A DNA stretch of 64,000 nucleotides from assembly GCA_905178155.1 (NCBI GenBank), contig CAJINV010000008.1, forward strand, positions 620,001-684,000, read 5' to 3'. The notes under the pieces are model-generated. The model did no database searches. It was not told the origin of the DNA and saw only the letters and a list, made by a program, of their open reading frames with translations. This DNA is from Amoebophrya sp. A120 (Eukaryota > Protista > Dinoflagellata). Of this stretch, positions 62,138 through 64,000 are shown in pieces. The translations under genes and the position numbers were made by a program. Numbering within the stretch: the first letter of the stretch is position 1; every line of letters starts with the position of its first letter.

Positions 62138-62740
62138 CTATCGATCAGAGTTAAGTTCCTCCAATAGGTCCCTGTTGCGGTTTAGATAATGTTGTGGAAT
62201 TGAGACGCAAGGTGTTGAGCTGCTACTAACTAATGGATAAACGTTCTTTAGATTTTCAGACCTCGCAAATTTCTGCTCGGATCGCGATTTCGGACCACGT
62301 TTTGGAATGGATCGATTTGGACCTCTCGTCACAAAAGTGGTGAAGAATTTGAACAATCCCTGGAAGGTCATCGTCTAACGAGAATCTATTTTGGATCGCG
62401 AAGGCAATTTTTTTTTGGCCTCTCTTTCGGTTGCTTCCATTAGATCTTAATATCGGAATCATTTGAGGATCTAGATTTTTATGTCCGAGCGAAGATCATG
62501 TCCTTGTTGCTGAAGCGGAACAGAGTGCTGCTACGAAGCATGCCTCCTCCTCCGATTTCATTTTTTCAGCGATAGATCATAGATATCTTGAAAAAAAAAC
62601 ATCGCAAACGTGCAATTCATTGAATGGAAGAACGCGCGCGTGCGCTGCAATACACACACAATCCAGGTAGTTCAGCGATCCCAAATACAGAGTTCGATGC
62701 TCGCATGTTCAGCTCCGATCACACAGTGCGCCTGCTCCGC

Positions 62741-63826
62741 TCATTTCATGGACATCAGATCCAACATGGATATCAGATGTCGCACGAGGCCGATCCTGCC
62801 CTGCTTCCCCTCGTTCTCCCAACGATGCGCGGCAGTCAGCAGGTGCGTCGGATCTATCTTGGTCAGCTCTCCCAGTAGCTTGTACAGCGACAATGCGGCG
62901 TTCCATCTCAAACACTCCTCGCTTTGCTGCATGACACGCATCACCGGTTCTGAGCTAAACTCGAAACGCTTCGCACCTCTTGGTGCCCCGGAAACGGGCT
63001 CACCTGTGAAAAACAAAATCAACCCTTTGCTCGCTTCTTTTGGCCGCGAGTAACTGTCTAACATATGAAAAACAAAATCAAAAAATTGTTGGGTTGTCAT
63101 CCGCTGCGCCGATAAATCTTCTGCGAAAGGTGTGCTGAAGATGTCGTAATTATCAAAATCCTGCTTATGGTACAAAACGTTTTCTCCCTTACCCTTTGCC
63201 GCGCCGAGACGTACGACTCCAATCGCTTCTCTTTCCTCTTCGGCGATCCAACCGATGGGAATGGGATCTGCATTCATGCTGCCGTCCCCTAAAACGCTGC
63301 TCTCCGCCATCACAACCTCCATCGCCGCTTTTGGTTTTTGCTCGCCGTCGTGGCTCGATACAATGGGCGTCAATGGGTGGTTTGGCTGCGGTGGCAGGGA
63401 CAGGTTGAGGTCCATGAGCTGCAATACACTGTCGGAGACGAGCGGGAAAAACAGCTCGCCGTTGTTCATCTGCACGATTCTCGGGTCCAAATCCGAAAAG
63501 TGCGGGGCCTCCATGAGCAAAATCCTCCGTGCCGCGTCGTCGTACAGCTGCGACTGCAGCGATTTGGTCTGAATCAGGTGTCCCGGCGTCTGCAGGAAGA
63601 GCCGCAGAATCTCGCTGGAGAACAGTAGCAGCTGTGGTGGCGTCGGCCGGACAAACAGCGGCTGCAGCGTCGGGGTGTGCTTCGTTTTCAACAGGGTTCG
63701 GATCTGCGCAAAAATGTCGCGGACCTCCCAAAGCGGGTGGTCTTGCGTGGCGGAAACGACCAATAGATTGCTCTTGCTCCCGGTTCGGGGTACGACGTTG
63801 TACTCCTTCGCGTCAGACGGGCTCAC
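62741..63826 (-). CDS. 3' exon of a hypothetical protein (5' part probably outside the window)
   Basis: Open frame of more than 360 codons with protein-like composition; no family recognised. Confidence 0.5.
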   Translation of the reverse strand: MSPSDAKEYNVVPRTGSKSNLLVVSATQDHPLWEVRDIFAQIRTLLKTKHTPTLQPLFVRPTPPQLLLFSSEILRLFLQTPGHLIQTKSLQSQLYDDAARRILLMEAPHFSDLDPRIVQMNNGELFFPLVSDSVLQLMDLNLSLPPQPNHPLTPIVSSHDGEQKPKAAMEVVMAESSVLGDGSMNADPIPIGWIAEEEREAIGVVRLGAAKGKGENVLYHKQDFDNYDIFSTPFAEDLSAQRMTTQQFFDFVFHMLDSYSRPKEASKGLILFFTGEPVSGAPRGAKRFEFSSEPVMRVMQQSEECLRWNAALSLYKLLGELTKIDPTHLLTAAHRWENEGKQGRIGLVRHLISMLDLMSMK

Positions 63827-64000
63827 GTTCGACTTAGTTGTATTTTGCTGCTGCTTGGACGTCGGTGCTGTTCCGCTGGTTGTGTATTAAAAGGAAAAAT
63901 CCCCCCTCCCCATATCGAAAAGGTATGTTTCCGGAAATTTGTGTTGCTGATTTGAGCCTTAATTCCAAATGATATCCGTAGGCCTCGTTGGGGGTCCCTC

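Overview
Gene-dense eukaryotic DNA with spliceosomal introns. It is probably an alveolate of the Syndiniales/dinoflagellate lineage (Amoebophrya-like). That is inferred from the myzozoan-type COX4, the alveolate-type U14 guide, strand-uniform genes and non-canonical introns. All ~24 recognisable protein genes and all ncRNAs lie on the minus strand: PRP16, SERBP1-like, RanBP2-ZnF, Obg, ALDH, kinesin-14, RING, GH128, NOP58, LAMTOR2, SDHA, COX4-like, malate synthase G, ASCH, RCC1-repeat, RPL37A, G6P-epimerase, PDCD5, UBA52 and several unknowns. Two systems stand out. (1) Eleven 209-306 bp non-autonomous TIR elements in about four related families (TAT...ATA ends, 5-bp target-site duplications) all sit inside coding exons and must be removed as introns. 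Five cannot use GT-AG, 9 of 11 are centred exactly on a codon, and one has an empty-site duplicate in the same gene. (2) Polycistronic intronic snoRNA clusters: 4 U14, 2 snR30/U17 and 6 copies of an unassigned LSU-guide C/D RNA, with the same cassette in introns of two unrelated genes, plus a 3-copy C/D array in PDCD5. Exon boundaries were read by eye and no database searches were run.
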